The notes under the pieces: model-generated
Databases searched by the model: none
The model's input: only the letters and a program-made list of their open reading frames with translations
What the model was told of the DNA's origin: nothing
Shown: positions 9,170 through 19,461 of the stretch, piece by piece
How positions within the stretch are numbered: position 1 is the first letter of the stretch
How the letters are laid out: each line of letters starts with the position of its first letter
Translations under genes and position numbers: made by a program
Sequence record: OR836606.1
Reading direction: 5' to 3' (one strand)
Length of the DNA stretch: 64,000 nucleotides

Positions 9170-9637
9170 TTGAATATTTTGTCAGAAGAAAAGAATGAAG
9201 AAAAAATTATGATGGATTTAGCAGTAACAGTGGACGATGAAGGAAATATACTTGATTATGAGACTTTACAATATGAAGATGAACCTACAACTCTTCATTT
9301 AAAAACTAAAATTCCTTTCATTTATCAAGATCAAATTGATAAGTTTTACGTATATATGGAAGGTTTTAAACCAGTAGTTAAATTAAAAGAAAATGAGACT
9401 ATTGATGAAAGTAGATTGATGTCAGAAGAAGAAGCAGAATCATATTTACAGCGAAAAAAAGAAAGAGTTAGACACATGAATATGATGAGTAAAGAACTAT
9501 CTAAAGGAGTGGATACTAACTTTAGTGGAACTTATGGTGGAGATGATTTCAAAATAACCGGAGATAAGACAAACCCTTTAGATGGTCTTGATGCTTTTGG
9601 AAGAAAAATAACTGATGATACAAACTATTTCAGATAA
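9170..9637 (+). CDS. Hypothetical protein (possible fibre chaperone)
   Basis: ORF directly after the fibre gene, AGAAAGGA RBS. Confidence 0.55.
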   Translation: MNILSEEKNEEKIMMDLAVTVDDEGNILDYETLQYEDEPTTLHLKTKIPFIYQDQIDKFYVYMEGFKPVVKLKENETIDESRLMSEEEAESYLQRKKERVRHMNMMSKELSKGVDTNFSGTYGGDDFKITGDKTNPLDGLDAFGRKITDDTNYFR

Positions 9638-9650
9638 AAAAGCAGTATTA

Positions 9651-9684
9651 ATCCCCTAACCTTAAATTAATAAGGTTAGGGGAT
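9651..9684. terminator. Bidirectional terminator between convergent genes
   Basis: ATCCCCTAACCTTA / TAAGGTTAGGGGAT perfect 14-bp stem at the strand switch. Confidence 0.8.
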
Positions 9685-9710
9685 ATTTTAAAGATTAATT
9701 AATTTTTAAT

Positions 9711-10235
9711 TTAACCAAAGATACGATCTAATGTTTCTTCTAATGATTCTTCATCGTCATCTTCTTCTTCGTCTTCATCTTCTGAAGTGATTTTACGTAC
9801 GTCTTCTTCAGGGTGTTCAGTAGATTCAGGTGATTTTTCTGAATTCATATTGTTAGTTTTTGTAGTTTGTTTAGTAACATCCATTTCTGGATTTTCATTT
9901 TCTTCAAATAAACGATTTAATTCTTCTTCTAAAGAATCTTCTTCATCTTCTGACTCTTCATCATCAGATTCTTCTTCATCATCGGATTCTTTAACTGGTT
10001 CTTCAGTATCTTCATCATCAGATTCTTCTTCATCCTCTGATTCTAAGATACTATTAAACTGTTCTTCAACAGAATCTTCTTCTGAATCTTCTTTAGAATC
10101 TTTAACTTCCTCTTCTTCTGTTTTATCTTCATCAGATGATTCGATAATACTTTCGAATTGTTCTTCTAAAGCTTCTTCTTGAGATTGTTCGTATAAAGCT
10201 TCTAATTCTTCAGTTAATTTATCATATTTTTCCAT
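9711..10235 (-). CDS. Highly acidic low-complexity protein with repeated short helical motif
   Basis: AAAGGAG RBS; very D/E-rich; four (S/A)(L/V)EE.(F/L)..(I/L) units. Confidence 0.7.
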   Translation of the reverse strand: MEKYDKLTEELEALYEQSQEEALEEQFESIIESSDEDKTEEEEVKDSKEDSEEDSVEEQFNSILESEDEEESDDEDTEEPVKESDDEEESDDEESEDEEDSLEEELNRLFEENENPEMDVTKQTTKTNNMNSEKSPESTEHPEEDVRKITSEDEDEEEDDDEESLEETLDRIFG

Positions 10236-10433
10236 AAAATTAAATTCTCCTTTTTAAAAATTCTATATTATTTGATATAAAATTTATGTTCTTAAAATAA
10301 ATAAATATTTGCGACTAAGTGCATGATACATTATAAAAATTATTAATATAAATTAGTTTATATTTTTAGAAAAAAAAAATAAAATAATTCATATAGCTTA
10401 AGGAAAATTTCCTCAAACTATATGAATAATGTT

Positions 10434-11144
10434 TTAAATGAAAGTATTTTTTACTTTCTCTTTCTTAACTATATTCTGAAATTCTTTTTCGTCTATGAAA
10501 TCTAAATTATGTGTTAACATTAGTGAGTAAGTGAATGCATTAAATATAGTACTATTTATATAATAATCTTCTCCTAATTCTAATATTATTCTTAATATAG
10601 ATATTGGATCTTCATCATATAAATTTCTAATTTTTATTTTTATTGGTTTATTATTTCTAGTTTTACTCTTTTTAATAGTAAATACTTTTGTATATTTATC
10701 CCTTATATAATTTATTTCTTTATGAATGTCTTTTATTAAAATATTAGCTTGTTTTCTTTGTTTTTCATTACTACTTATGAATTCCAATTCTAAATCTAAT
10801 TGATGTCTTGTTTCTTCTAGACTTTTATATTCGCTATTAGAAATATCTAATAAATTTTTCTTTATATAGTGTATATTTAGTATATCATTAGAAATATATT
10901 TATTCAATAAACCATTATAACTACCTGGCAAAGAATCTATTAAATCTACAATAGTACTAGGTTTTATTTCTGTTTTAAGATATACGAATTTATCATCCTT
11001 AAATTGATACTTATCGAATACATTAAATACTTTAGGAATTCTTAAATATACATATTCATGATACCTATACAAGCTATTGAGTTGTTTAAAACCTAAAGGT
11101 ATAACTTTATCTCCTAATAATTCTTTATTAGCTGAAATCTTCAT
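10434..11144 (-). CDS. Hypothetical protein, EKEYK..F tail family
   Basis: ORF ends FIDEKEFQNIVKKEKVKNTFI. Confidence 0.65.
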   Translation of the reverse strand: MKISANKELLGDKVIPLGFKQLNSLYRYHEYVYLRIPKVFNVFDKYQFKDDKFVYLKTEIKPSTIVDLIDSLPGSYNGLLNKYISNDILNIHYIKKNLLDISNSEYKSLEETRHQLDLELEFISSNEKQRKQANILIKDIHKEINYIRDKYTKVFTIKKSKTRNNKPIKIKIRNLYDEDPISILRIILELGEDYYINSTIFNAFTYSLMLTHNLDFIDEKEFQNIVKKEKVKNTFI

Positions 11145-11157
11145 AGTTAATTTCTCC

Positions 11158-11817
11158 TTAAATAAACATCTCTTTTGTCATTATCTTTTTATATTCTTTA
11201 TATGTTATCTCTTCTATAAAATTTCTATGATCCAAAAGAATATTTATTTCTTCATTAAATTTTTTATAATCATCTGCATATACAGATATAGTGTCTATTA
11301 TAAATTCTATTATCTTTATATAATTAATGTAAAATAGATTTTTAATAAATTCATCTATCTTATTTTTATCTATTAAAAATATTAATGTCATATCTAATAC
11401 ATGATTATTGTCTTGATCTAAAGAAACTGATTTTAAAAATTCTAAATTAAGTTCATTAACACTATCTATAAATTCTTTTTCATTTTCAATTAGATCATTA
11501 TAACTTTTTAAACTAAAATACATATTCATTATATATTTATTCTTGGATGATCTACTTATAAAGAATTCTAATTTACTATTAAAGAAATCCATATGTACTA
11601 TTTTCATATTTTCTTGGTTTAGTATTTCAAATACTTTTCCAGCAATATATTTAGATACTAGTTCCATATTATTGATTTCTTCATCAGTATTTATTAAGTA
11701 TATAGATCTATCTTTATCATTGCTATTATTGAATAACATTTTATGACCATTATTAGTCCTTTTATGATAGAAGATATTTACATTCTCTTTGTTAAAACGA
11801 TATAAATAATTATTCAT
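11158..11817 (-). CDS. Hypothetical protein, EKEYK..F tail family
   Basis: ORF ends EITYKEYKKIMTKEMFI. Confidence 0.65.
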   Translation of the reverse strand: MNNYLYRFNKENVNIFYHKRTNNGHKMLFNNSNDKDRSIYLINTDEEINNMELVSKYIAGKVFEILNQENMKIVHMDFFNSKLEFFISRSSKNKYIMNMYFSLKSYNDLIENEKEFIDSVNELNLEFLKSVSLDQDNNHVLDMTLIFLIDKNKIDEFIKNLFYINYIKIIEFIIDTISVYADDYKKFNEEINILLDHRNFIEEITYKEYKKIMTKEMFI

Positions 11818-11892
11818 AAAAGCATCTCATCCATTCTAAAATTATTATATAATAAAAAGTTATTATACAATAATTTAGTGAGATGCTTTTAA

Positions 11893-12723
11893 TTACTTAA
11901 ATGATTCTTTTATTACCAATTTTTTATATTCTTTTTCATCTATGAATGTAATTTTTTCTTTATCTTTATTAATAATATCATTAAAGCTTATACCGTTTAA
12001 TGTTTCTAATAGGATTTCTTTATTATACAAATAAAAATTAGAATCAATTAAATTCTTATTTTCTATATTACTTTCTATATTACTAAAATTATGAAAATCA
12101 TAATTTAATATTTTATATTTTTCATTTATCATTAATTCAGATATTAGATTTTCTAAACTAATATCATCATCTATAAATAAAAATTCTGAATTAATATTAA
12201 GAACATCTTGATACCTTAAATAAGATTTTATTAAAGATTCTATATTACTATATTTATCTTCATTTTTTATATAGTCACTATTATGCTTATCTGATAAATT
12301 ACCTTTATATTTCTTTTTAAATTTTTTACTAAAGAATTTAGAAATTAATATATAAAAACTAAAACTTTTATCATATTCTACATACAACACAACTATTCTA
12401 TTGTCTATATCATTTTTTATATTTCTAAATAATTTATTTTTATATAATTGAATAACTTCATTAACTTTAATCTTTCCATTAAGCTTGTTAGTAGAAATAT
12501 TCTTTAATATTCTCACTGGCACTATTAATTCTCTGTCAGCAAAATAAAATGAATCATCCATATGATTAGAATTATAATCCAATATAAATCTTATAAATTC
12601 CATAAAGAAATCAAAAGAACTTAATTTTTCATTATAAGGTTTAATCATATCCAATTTTAATTCAGATGTATTAGCTTTGGTTAAATGCTCGTTTATCTTA
12701 AAATATTTCATTATCCTTTTCAA
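11893..12723 (-). CDS. Hypothetical protein, EKEYK..F tail family (start may be 12711)
   Basis: ORF ends FIDEKEYKKLVIKESFK. Confidence 0.65.
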   Translation of the reverse strand: MKRIMKYFKINEHLTKANTSELKLDMIKPYNEKLSSFDFFMEFIRFILDYNSNHMDDSFYFADRELIVPVRILKNISTNKLNGKIKVNEVIQLYKNKLFRNIKNDIDNRIVVLYVEYDKSFSFYILISKFFSKKFKKKYKGNLSDKHNSDYIKNEDKYSNIESLIKSYLRYQDVLNINSEFLFIDDDISLENLISELMINEKYKILNYDFHNFSNIESNIENKNLIDSNFYLYNKEILLETLNGISFNDIINKDKEKITFIDEKEYKKLVIKESFK

Positions 12724-12730
12724 CTCTCTT

Positions 12731-13261
12731 TTATTTAAAATTTTCTTTGATTAAATGTTGTTTATAATCATTTTCATTTGTTTCTTTAATATGAAATTGA
12801 TAAAAATCTAAATTATTTCTATTGAATAACATTTTATCAAATATATTACTATAATCTATATCATAAGAAAAATCAAAGTTGTAATCAATATAAATGTAAA
12901 GCATATCTTCATTTAATCTCATAATTTTTTCATGTATATATTCTTTAATTTCATGAAACTCTTTAAAATTAGTTTTCTTATCTTTATTATTTTCATTCAT
13001 GAACAAAACACTGGTTATTTCTTCTATATAGATTGGTGGTTTTTCCATGGAAAAACTTAATAACTTTTGTTCTTCATTTTTATCATATACAATAATATTA
13101 ATCATACTAGAACTAGGTATTTTTTCAATATAATAATTAAGCATATAATCAAAATAGGATTCTATAATTTTAGAATTACTTATTTCTTCTTCATTTCCTG
13201 AAAATTTAAATACATCATAATCGCTTTTATTATTTAATTTAAATCTAAAATATCTATTCAT
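12731..13261 (-). CDS. Hypothetical protein, EKEYK..F tail family
   Basis: ORF ends ETNENDYKQHLIKENFK. Confidence 0.65.
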   Translation of the reverse strand: MNRYFRFKLNNKSDYDVFKFSGNEEEISNSKIIESYFDYMLNYYIEKIPSSSMINIIVYDKNEEQKLLSFSMEKPPIYIEEITSVLFMNENNKDKKTNFKEFHEIKEYIHEKIMRLNEDMLYIYIDYNFDFSYDIDYSNIFDKMLFNRNNLDFYQFHIKETNENDYKQHLIKENFK

Positions 13262-13309
13262 TTTTTTACCCCTATTCTATTTAAAGTTTTCTTTTACTAA
13301 CTTCATACA

Positions 13310-13921
13310 TTAGAAGAAACTCCTTTTAATTAATTTATTTTTATATTCTTTTTCTGTTATATTTTTTATTCCATTCATATTATTCATTAATCTATATAAA
13401 CTTTCACTTGCAATATTATAGAATACAAATTCATTTGTCAATGTATATCTACTGATGTATTTATTAGTCTTAATCTTAAGAACATATAAAGATAAATAAT
13501 AATTATCAGACTCACATTCTTCTAACCCAAATGTTGTAAATTTAATAGTATATATATTATTTAAATCTTTCTCATTTATATTATCTTTAATAAATTTGAA
13601 TAAGTATTCATAATCCTTATTTATTTTTCTTGATTTAATGTTATTATTTGGATTAATATTGTCATATACTTCGGCAAAGTCTTCATTAATATAAATTTCT
13701 GAATTATTATAACTATGAACGCTTCTTATTTCTATTTTTAGTTTTTTACATAAATCATTATCATCCATGTTATCATTATAAAATTCTTTTAAATACAATT
13801 TAAATAAAATCATATTTAAAAGACCTGATTCAATTTCTTCATTTTCTTGTTTGTGTAAAACGACATTATTTAATTTATTATTGTCAATTAAACCTGTATA
13901 TTCCAATTCAAAATAATTCAT
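13310..13921 (-). CDS. Hypothetical protein, EKEYK..F tail family
   Basis: GGAG RBS; ends NITEKEYKNKLIKRSFF. Confidence 0.65.
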   Translation of the reverse strand: MNYFELEYTGLIDNNKLNNVVLHKQENEEIESGLLNMILFKLYLKEFYNDNMDDNDLCKKLKIEIRSVHSYNNSEIYINEDFAEVYDNINPNNNIKSRKINKDYEYLFKFIKDNINEKDLNNIYTIKFTTFGLEECESDNYYLSLYVLKIKTNKYISRYTLTNEFVFYNIASESLYRLMNNMNGIKNITEKEYKNKLIKRSFF

Positions 13922-14004
13922 ATTATCCTTTTCATCTCCTCTAAGTAAAAAAATTAAAATAATATAGCTGATATCTTTAACAGATATCAGCTATATTTAA
14001 TTTT

Positions 14005-14298
14005 TTAAATTGCATTTTTATAAATAGTTTGTGGTACATATTCTTCATCATAATCATGAATAGTTAATAGAACACCTTCATGTGAATATTCTAATGTGTA
14101 CATGTTTGTTTCATCATTCTCCTCTGATATTACATAAGAGAATACACTTGAATCTCCATTTAATCCTAATTCTTTAATTAATTCATCTTCAAAAGCTTCA
14201 TCAACACCAAGTTCATCAGATTCTACAACTTCAAATTCTCCGTCAATTTCAGTTCTTACTTGAAAATCTCTTAATACTTCTTCATTTAATTTTGTCAT
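14005..14298 (-). CDS. Small acidic hypothetical protein
   Basis: AAAGGAG RBS, first gene after early-type promoter at 14359. Confidence 0.65.
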   Translation of the reverse strand: MTKLNEEVLRDFQVRTEIDGEFEVVESDELGVDEAFEDELIKELGLNGDSSVFSYVISEENDETNMYTLEYSHEGVLLTIHDYDEEYVPQTIYKNAI

Positions 14299-14393
14299 AA
14301 TATAAAACTCCTTTTAATTTTATTAAAGATAATATTAATAATATTTATCTTCATTATTATAATATATAATTAATTTTCCATTTAATACTTTCA

Positions 14394-14879
14394 TTAATCT
14401 AAATAATAAATTCCTTCCGATATATCAATATCATATTTCTTTAAGTCTTTATCGTTTACTAATTTATTCTTAGCTTTAACTTGATAATCAAATCTATTGC
14501 TGATTATCCCTTTTTTATTTACTTTTTTATTAATATTATGATCTGAAATTCTTACCAATTTAAAATTATTATTTTTTACATATATTGATAAGGATATTTT
14601 ATTTCTAGAGAAGTTAACTATATAACCGCTTCTAGCTAATTCATTAGTTAAATTACCTTTTACTTTACCTAATGTTAATATCGTTTCTTTTGTCTTTCCA
14701 TTAATAAATTTATTACTTATATTTTCGCCTTTCATCACGTGGTCATTTATTTCTTTAATTATATTCATTGTATTATAATCATTTTTCTGTGAGTAGTCTA
14801 GAAGAAAGAATATAATATTTTCCATTCCTTCTTCATTGACTGGAAAGACCTCCCCTTTTTCATTCTTTAAATAATTCAT
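14394..14879 (-). CDS. Hypothetical protein
   Basis: ORF with GGAG RBS. Confidence 0.6.
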   Translation of the reverse strand: MNYLKNEKGEVFPVNEEGMENIIFFLLDYSQKNDYNTMNIIKEINDHVMKGENISNKFINGKTKETILTLGKVKGNLTNELARSGYIVNFSRNKISLSIYVKNNNFKLVRISDHNINKKVNKKGIISNRFDYQVKAKNKLVNDKDLKKYDIDISEGIYYLD

Positions 14880-14898
14880 TCCTAATCATCTCCTATAT

Positions 14899-15240
14899 TT
14901 ATTCAACCGAGGTTTTAATCTTTTTTAATTTATAACTACTTAATTCTAATTTCATATAAAAACTTTGTATCATTCTATAACTTAATTTAAATTCTTCTAA
15001 TAATTCTTTATTAATAGTTTCTTCATCAATATTAAGTACTTCATTTAAAGTAAATATATCTGAAGCAACTACAATTAAAGAATCTGCTAAACAATCAAGA
15101 TTTGTCGTTTCTTTGTTATCTTCATTTACAGTGTAATTTAATTCTTCATCCAACAAATCTATACATTCTGAAATAACAATTAAATCACCATTTATTTTGT
15201 CATGCATTCTGTCTAAAACTTTTTTAGTGTCGTTTAACAT
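14899..15240 (-). CDS. Hypothetical protein
   Basis: ORF with AGGAG RBS after promoter motif at 15280. Confidence 0.6.
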   Translation of the reverse strand: MLNDTKKVLDRMHDKINGDLIVISECIDLLDEELNYTVNEDNKETTNLDCLADSLIVVASDIFTLNEVLNIDEETINKELLEEFKLSYRMIQSFYMKLELSSYKLKKIKTSVE

Positions 15241-15301
15241 ATCTAATTCATCTCCTGTATTTTAATTAATTTCATTTATATAATATATATTTAATTATTA
15301 T

Positions 15302-15772
15302 TTAAATGTAAATGTTTTTATTGTAATTATCTTTACCTAATTTATCACTTATATTAATGTCAAATATCAGTTCTCCAGATATTTCTTTATTAATACTATT
15401 TAAATGCTTTATCAACATCATTGTTATAGAATTATTGTATGTTAAAGTTTCTACAATAGTATATATTGTAAGATAACCATTTACACTGTTTTTCTTTACA
15501 CTTCTTTTTAATTTTAAATCTTTTTTATCTATTAAAGTACCTTCATCACTTTTTAATAATTCTAAAATACTATTTATAAAATTATCTGCCTTACTAAATA
15601 ATTCATTTTCATAATTAACTATATAAGTGTGATTTGGTTTTATTTCTTTTTTCTTATTTATACTAGTTAATGACTTGTATATAAAATCATTTATAAAATT
15701 TTCAGTAACCTCGATTGGTAACTCTAGATTATTATTTATCAAGCTGTCTATACTTCTTTTTTTATTTCTCAT
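15302..15772 (-). CDS. Hypothetical protein
   Basis: ORF with AGGAAGG RBS. Confidence 0.6.
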   Translation of the reverse strand: MRNKKRSIDSLINNNLELPIEVTENFINDFIYKSLTSINKKKEIKPNHTYIVNYENELFSKADNFINSILELLKSDEGTLIDKKDLKLKRSVKKNSVNGYLTIYTIVETLTYNNSITMMLIKHLNSINKEISGELIFDINISDKLGKDNYNKNIYI

Positions 15773-15791
15773 TATTTTTATTCCTTCCTAG

Positions 15792-16250
15792 TTATTTAAA
15801 GTTATTAACAACTATTGACTTTTTATATTCTTTTTCAGTCAATTCTGTTAATAAAGAATTTATAATTTCATCATAGAAATCACTCATGACTGATTTTATA
15901 CTTTCCATTATTATTTCTGTTAATGTGTATTCTTCATCTTTTATAATACCGTTTATCTCAATATTATCTTTATCACCTAAATCTAAATAATAACATTCTA
16001 AATCTTTAGATTCTAATTCAGATTTAAAACTGTCTAATGATATATATGATTCTAATCCATTTCTAATAACGAATTTATCTTCATTTTCATTAAAGAAAAT
16101 CATTAGAAATTTCTGTCTTTCATTACTTAACATTGTAAAAGACCCTATAGAATCGATTTCTTTTAATGCCAATTCCTTAATTGCATCTTCTTCATTATCT
16201 GCTTTTAAGAAAAATTCTTTACCCGTCACTACACCTTTAAAGTATCTCAT
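15792..16250 (-). CDS. Hypothetical protein, EKEYK..F tail family
   Basis: Ends ELTEKEYKKSIVVNNFK. Confidence 0.65.
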   Translation of the reverse strand: MRYFKGVVTGKEFFLKADNEEDAIKELALKEIDSIGSFTMLSNERQKFLMIFFNENEDKFVIRNGLESYISLDSFKSELESKDLECYYLDLGDKDNIEINGIIKDEEYTLTEIIMESIKSVMSDFYDEIINSLLTELTEKEYKKSIVVNNFK

Positions 16251-16268
16251 CTTTAATTTCCCCCTTAT

Positions 16269-16733
16269 TTAAATTTTATCTAATACGTTAGCTAGATATT
16301 CATTATGATTAAGTTCAATTCTATTTTCTTCAGGAATTTTATCTTCTATATCGTCTACGAAACTATCAAACATATTATCAAGAAGTTCAATAAATTTGCT
16401 ATCTGAACCTTTTTCTTTATATCTCTCTAAATATAAATTTTTATCTGAACGTTTAGGATAAACTACTACAAAATCTAAATTGGAATCAATTAATTCTTGA
16501 ATAACTTCTTTATGTGTTGATACAAAAATATAATCCATTACATTTTTATAATATAGACTCTTAATATAATGAATATAATTCTTTGGAAATCTAGGGTCTT
16601 TAACTTTTTTTCCATCTTTGATTGACCATGAAAAACTATTTAAATCAGAATCAGATGTTTTTAAAAATGTGATATTATTTTTAATATAAGATTTGCCTGT
16701 ACCTGGGAATGCTGCGATTATTTTAGTATTCAT
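16269..16733 (-). CDS. P-loop NTPase / nucleotide-kinase-like protein
   Basis: N-terminal IIAAFPGTGKS Walker A. Confidence 0.65.
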   Translation of the reverse strand: MNTKIIAAFPGTGKSYIKNNITFLKTSDSDLNSFSWSIKDGKKVKDPRFPKNYIHYIKSLYYKNVMDYIFVSTHKEVIQELIDSNLDFVVVYPKRSDKNLYLERYKEKGSDSKFIELLDNMFDSFVDDIEDKIPEENRIELNHNEYLANVLDKI

Positions 16734-16768
16734 TTTTAACTTCTCCTTTAGTGTTTAAATTATATTTT

Positions 16769-17269
16769 TTAAAATGCAATATACAATTTCTTAGCTTGTT
16801 TATTACTAATATTGTATTTTTCTCGTAGATCTTCAACTTTATCCATTAATAGATTAATTGTATCTAAATCAAGTTCATAACTCTTTTTATTTTCCTTTTT
16901 AAAATATTCATATTCAATAACAGATTTAATAATTTCACAAGCTCTTTTATCATCTGATTTTTTAATCATGAAATTCTCTAACATATCTTGAACGTCTTCA
17001 TTAAGTGTATACTTGATTTCTTTTTCATTATTAACTTTAAAAATTAATCTTATTTTTAATGACGGATCATAGAATTTTTCTATTTCCTTAAATTCAGCTT
17101 TATTATTTTCAAATTCCCATTCAGATAATAAATTATCTTTTAAAAATCTTAAATTGATTAATATATCTTGACTTAACATTTTTAACACCGTCTCTTCCAT
17201 ATATTTTGTTTTCATTAATTCTTGATTAATAATATCTTGGTTAATTTCAATATTTTTATTTTTTAACAT
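16769..17269 (-). CDS. Hypothetical protein
   Basis: ORF with AGGAG RBS. Confidence 0.6.
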   Translation of the reverse strand: MLKNKNIEINQDIINQELMKTKYMEETVLKMLSQDILINLRFLKDNLLSEWEFENNKAEFKEIEKFYDPSLKIRLIFKVNNEKEIKYTLNEDVQDMLENFMIKKSDDKRACEIIKSVIEYEYFKKENKKSYELDLDTINLLMDKVEDLREKYNISNKQAKKLYIAF

Positions 17270-17341
17270 ATCCGTTTCAACTCCTAATTAAGTAATTAAA
17301 TAATCCCAATGAGGATAATTCATCTCATTGGGATATAGTTT

Positions 17342-17860
17342 TTAAAGCTCTTTAAATCTATTAAATAATTCATTCAATTCTTTATCATCATATTGTCTAA
17401 CGATATTATCAAATGATTTTTTCTTTTCTAACTTCTGTAATCTCAATCTCATTAATTTTTCAATTTTTTCTTTTTCCTTTTCTCTCTCAATATCTTCAAT
17501 ATAATCATTAATATCATCTTTAATAAAAGACAATAAGTATTTATATTCGACTTTTTCATCTTGATTAATTTTTCTATAATTTAAATCATCTGCATCATTA
17601 ACATAATCTGATTCAATAAAATCATCTTCATTCATTATTTTATTAATTCTTACTGGTTTAATAGCGTTAGCGATATCTTCTGAAAGATCAAGAATAGAAT
17701 TGCTATCTTTATGATTAAAATTAGATACAATTGCAAATCTTTCCAATTCTAAATCATTTTCATCTCTAATAAGTCTTTTAGGCACTTTATAAATATATTC
17801 TCTTCCTTGAAACTGTCTATTACTTTGAAACTGTACAATTGCATAAAATTCTTTTGTCAT
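17342..17860 (-). CDS. Hypothetical protein
   Basis: GGCGGAG RBS, follows promoter motif at 17922. Confidence 0.65.
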   Translation of the reverse strand: MTKEFYAIVQFQSNRQFQGREYIYKVPKRLIRDENDLELERFAIVSNFNHKDSNSILDLSEDIANAIKPVRINKIMNEDDFIESDYVNDADDLNYRKINQDEKVEYKYLLSFIKDDINDYIEDIEREKEKEKIEKLMRLRLQKLEKKKSFDNIVRQYDDKELNELFNRFKEL

Positions 17861-17932
17861 AATATTACTCCCGCCTTTTATTTTTTTTTTTAAGTAATAT
17901 TAATTAATATTACTCATTTTTATAATATATAT

Positions 17933-18637
17933 TTAAATTTGAGATAATAAAAAGTATATAGTTAGTAATGCCATTAATATGTGGTAACAATATAATTTTA
18001 TATTTATTTTTTCAGAATATATTTTTTCAATAATTTTATCTAAAAAAAGACTTATTGATTCTTCATCATTATTAAATTTGCTTTCAAGAAAATCATCTAA
18101 TGAAAATACGTTATCATTATTGTCATTTAAATTAACTATTGCTATATTCTGTCTAACTATATTCTTTTTTAAGTCTATATTTTTATATTCTCCGTCAGTC
18201 TGAATTACAATTTCTATTAATTGTAATTCAATTTTAACTAATGGAATTATTAAATTAATTATTACGATAAATATAACAAAGTATAAATCATTAACTATTT
18301 CATAATGGTAATTTATTATGAATAAAGAATAAAATAATGATGTATATACTATAATATCATGAACTTTAAGAAATTTATTTAATAAAAAGTTAATTATTAA
18401 CAATAAGAAATAAAATAAAGCATACTGTATTTCAATATTTATTCCATATACATCGTAAAATATAATAATTATTATTGGAAATAATAAACTAAATGCAAAA
18501 AGTGATGTGGAAAAGAATTTTCCTTTTAATTTTTCTCTATATATGCTCACTAATATTTTATATATCGCATTAAATGAAAAAGTAATTATAATTAAAAGTA
18601 TTAAAGCTAATGAAATTTCATACAAAATTAATATCAT
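17933..18637 (-). CDS. Multi-pass membrane protein
   Basis: Five to six hydrophobic segments. Confidence 0.6.
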   Translation of the reverse strand: MILILYEISLALILLIIITFSFNAIYKILVSIYREKLKGKFFSTSLFAFSLLFPIIIIIFYDVYGINIEIQYALFYFLLLIINFLLNKFLKVHDIIVYTSLFYSLFIINYHYEIVNDLYFVIFIVIINLIIPLVKIELQLIEIVIQTDGEYKNIDLKKNIVRQNIAIVNLNDNNDNVFSLDDFLESKFNNDEESISLFLDKIIEKIYSEKINIKLYCYHILMALLTIYFLLSQI

Positions 18638-18715
18638 CTCTCTTTCTTGTCTTTATAAAAAAAAAAATAATTAATAGTCATGAATCTACTTGAAACGATT
18701 CATGACTATAGTGTC

Positions 18716-18961
18716 TTAAATTCCTTTTGTTATTTTGAAAAATAATGAAAACGTATCATCAAATTTAGGATCTACGTTAACTACTTTGAGTAAATTTTCA
18801 TTAAATTTTTCATATACTTCTATCTCATCAAATTCATTTAATTTGATGAATTTAGGGCCTGAAGGAACGCTTACAATAAAACTATCATAGACGTTAGTTA
18901 ATTTCAATTCTGAAATAAATTTGTAAAATAAATATTCAATTTCTGTTTTTGTCTTAATCAT
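18716..18961 (-). CDS. Small hypothetical protein
   Basis: AAGGAG RBS. Confidence 0.6.
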   Translation of the reverse strand: MIKTKTEIEYLFYKFISELKLTNVYDSFIVSVPSGPKFIKLNEFDEIEVYEKFNENLLKVVNVDPKFDDTFSLFFKITKGI

Positions 18962-18984
18962 TATAATTCTCCTTAATATGTTAT

Positions 18985-19437
18985 TTATTCGAGATTTACC
19001 ATTATTTCAGATTCTATTTCTCCAGAATTATTAATATTTTGTACTAATCCTTCTTGGGAAACTCTAAAATTGTAAGAACCATGTCCGCTTTTATTATTTG
19101 CTGAAATAATCCAATCTCCATTTTCATTTTGAATTGGCTCTTGGAAAGTTATTAGATCTTTATCAAAACCATCATACATTTCATTTAATCCGGCAAATAA
19201 ATAATCAAACACATTATCCCTATTTACTTTTTGTTCATTGTTTTCCATTCCATTTTGAACTTGAGTTTCCATTTCTTCTTGATCATTGGAGGAATTTTCT
19301 GAATTCGAAAATTCCTCCTCTTTATTATCTAAATTGTTATTTAATTGAGTTTCTAATTTTGCATATCCAAATAATCCTGTTGATACCAATACGGACAATA
19401 CTGCTAATACAGATAACACGCTTAATAATTTTTTCAT
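18985..19437 (-). CDS. Membrane-anchored/exported protein
   Basis: MKKLLS + hydrophobic anchor, low-complexity N/E/Q stalk, small C-terminal domain. Confidence 0.65.
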   Translation of the reverse strand: MKKLLSVLSVLAVLSVLVSTGLFGYAKLETQLNNNLDNKEEEFSNSENSSNDQEEMETQVQNGMENNEQKVNRDNVFDYLFAGLNEMYDGFDKDLITFQEPIQNENGDWIISANNKSGHGSYNFRVSQEGLVQNINNSGEIESEIMVNLE

Positions 19438-19461
19438 AATAAAATAATTTCCTTTCTCACT

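Noticed and set aside
9787-10182. Ser-rich plus-strand ORF
   Set aside because: Antisense shadow of the Glu/Asp-rich gene 9711..10235; no RBS
10260-10430. Replication origin at the AT-rich gap with poly-A run
   Set aside because: No iterons or distinctive repeats; AT richness is close to the window background
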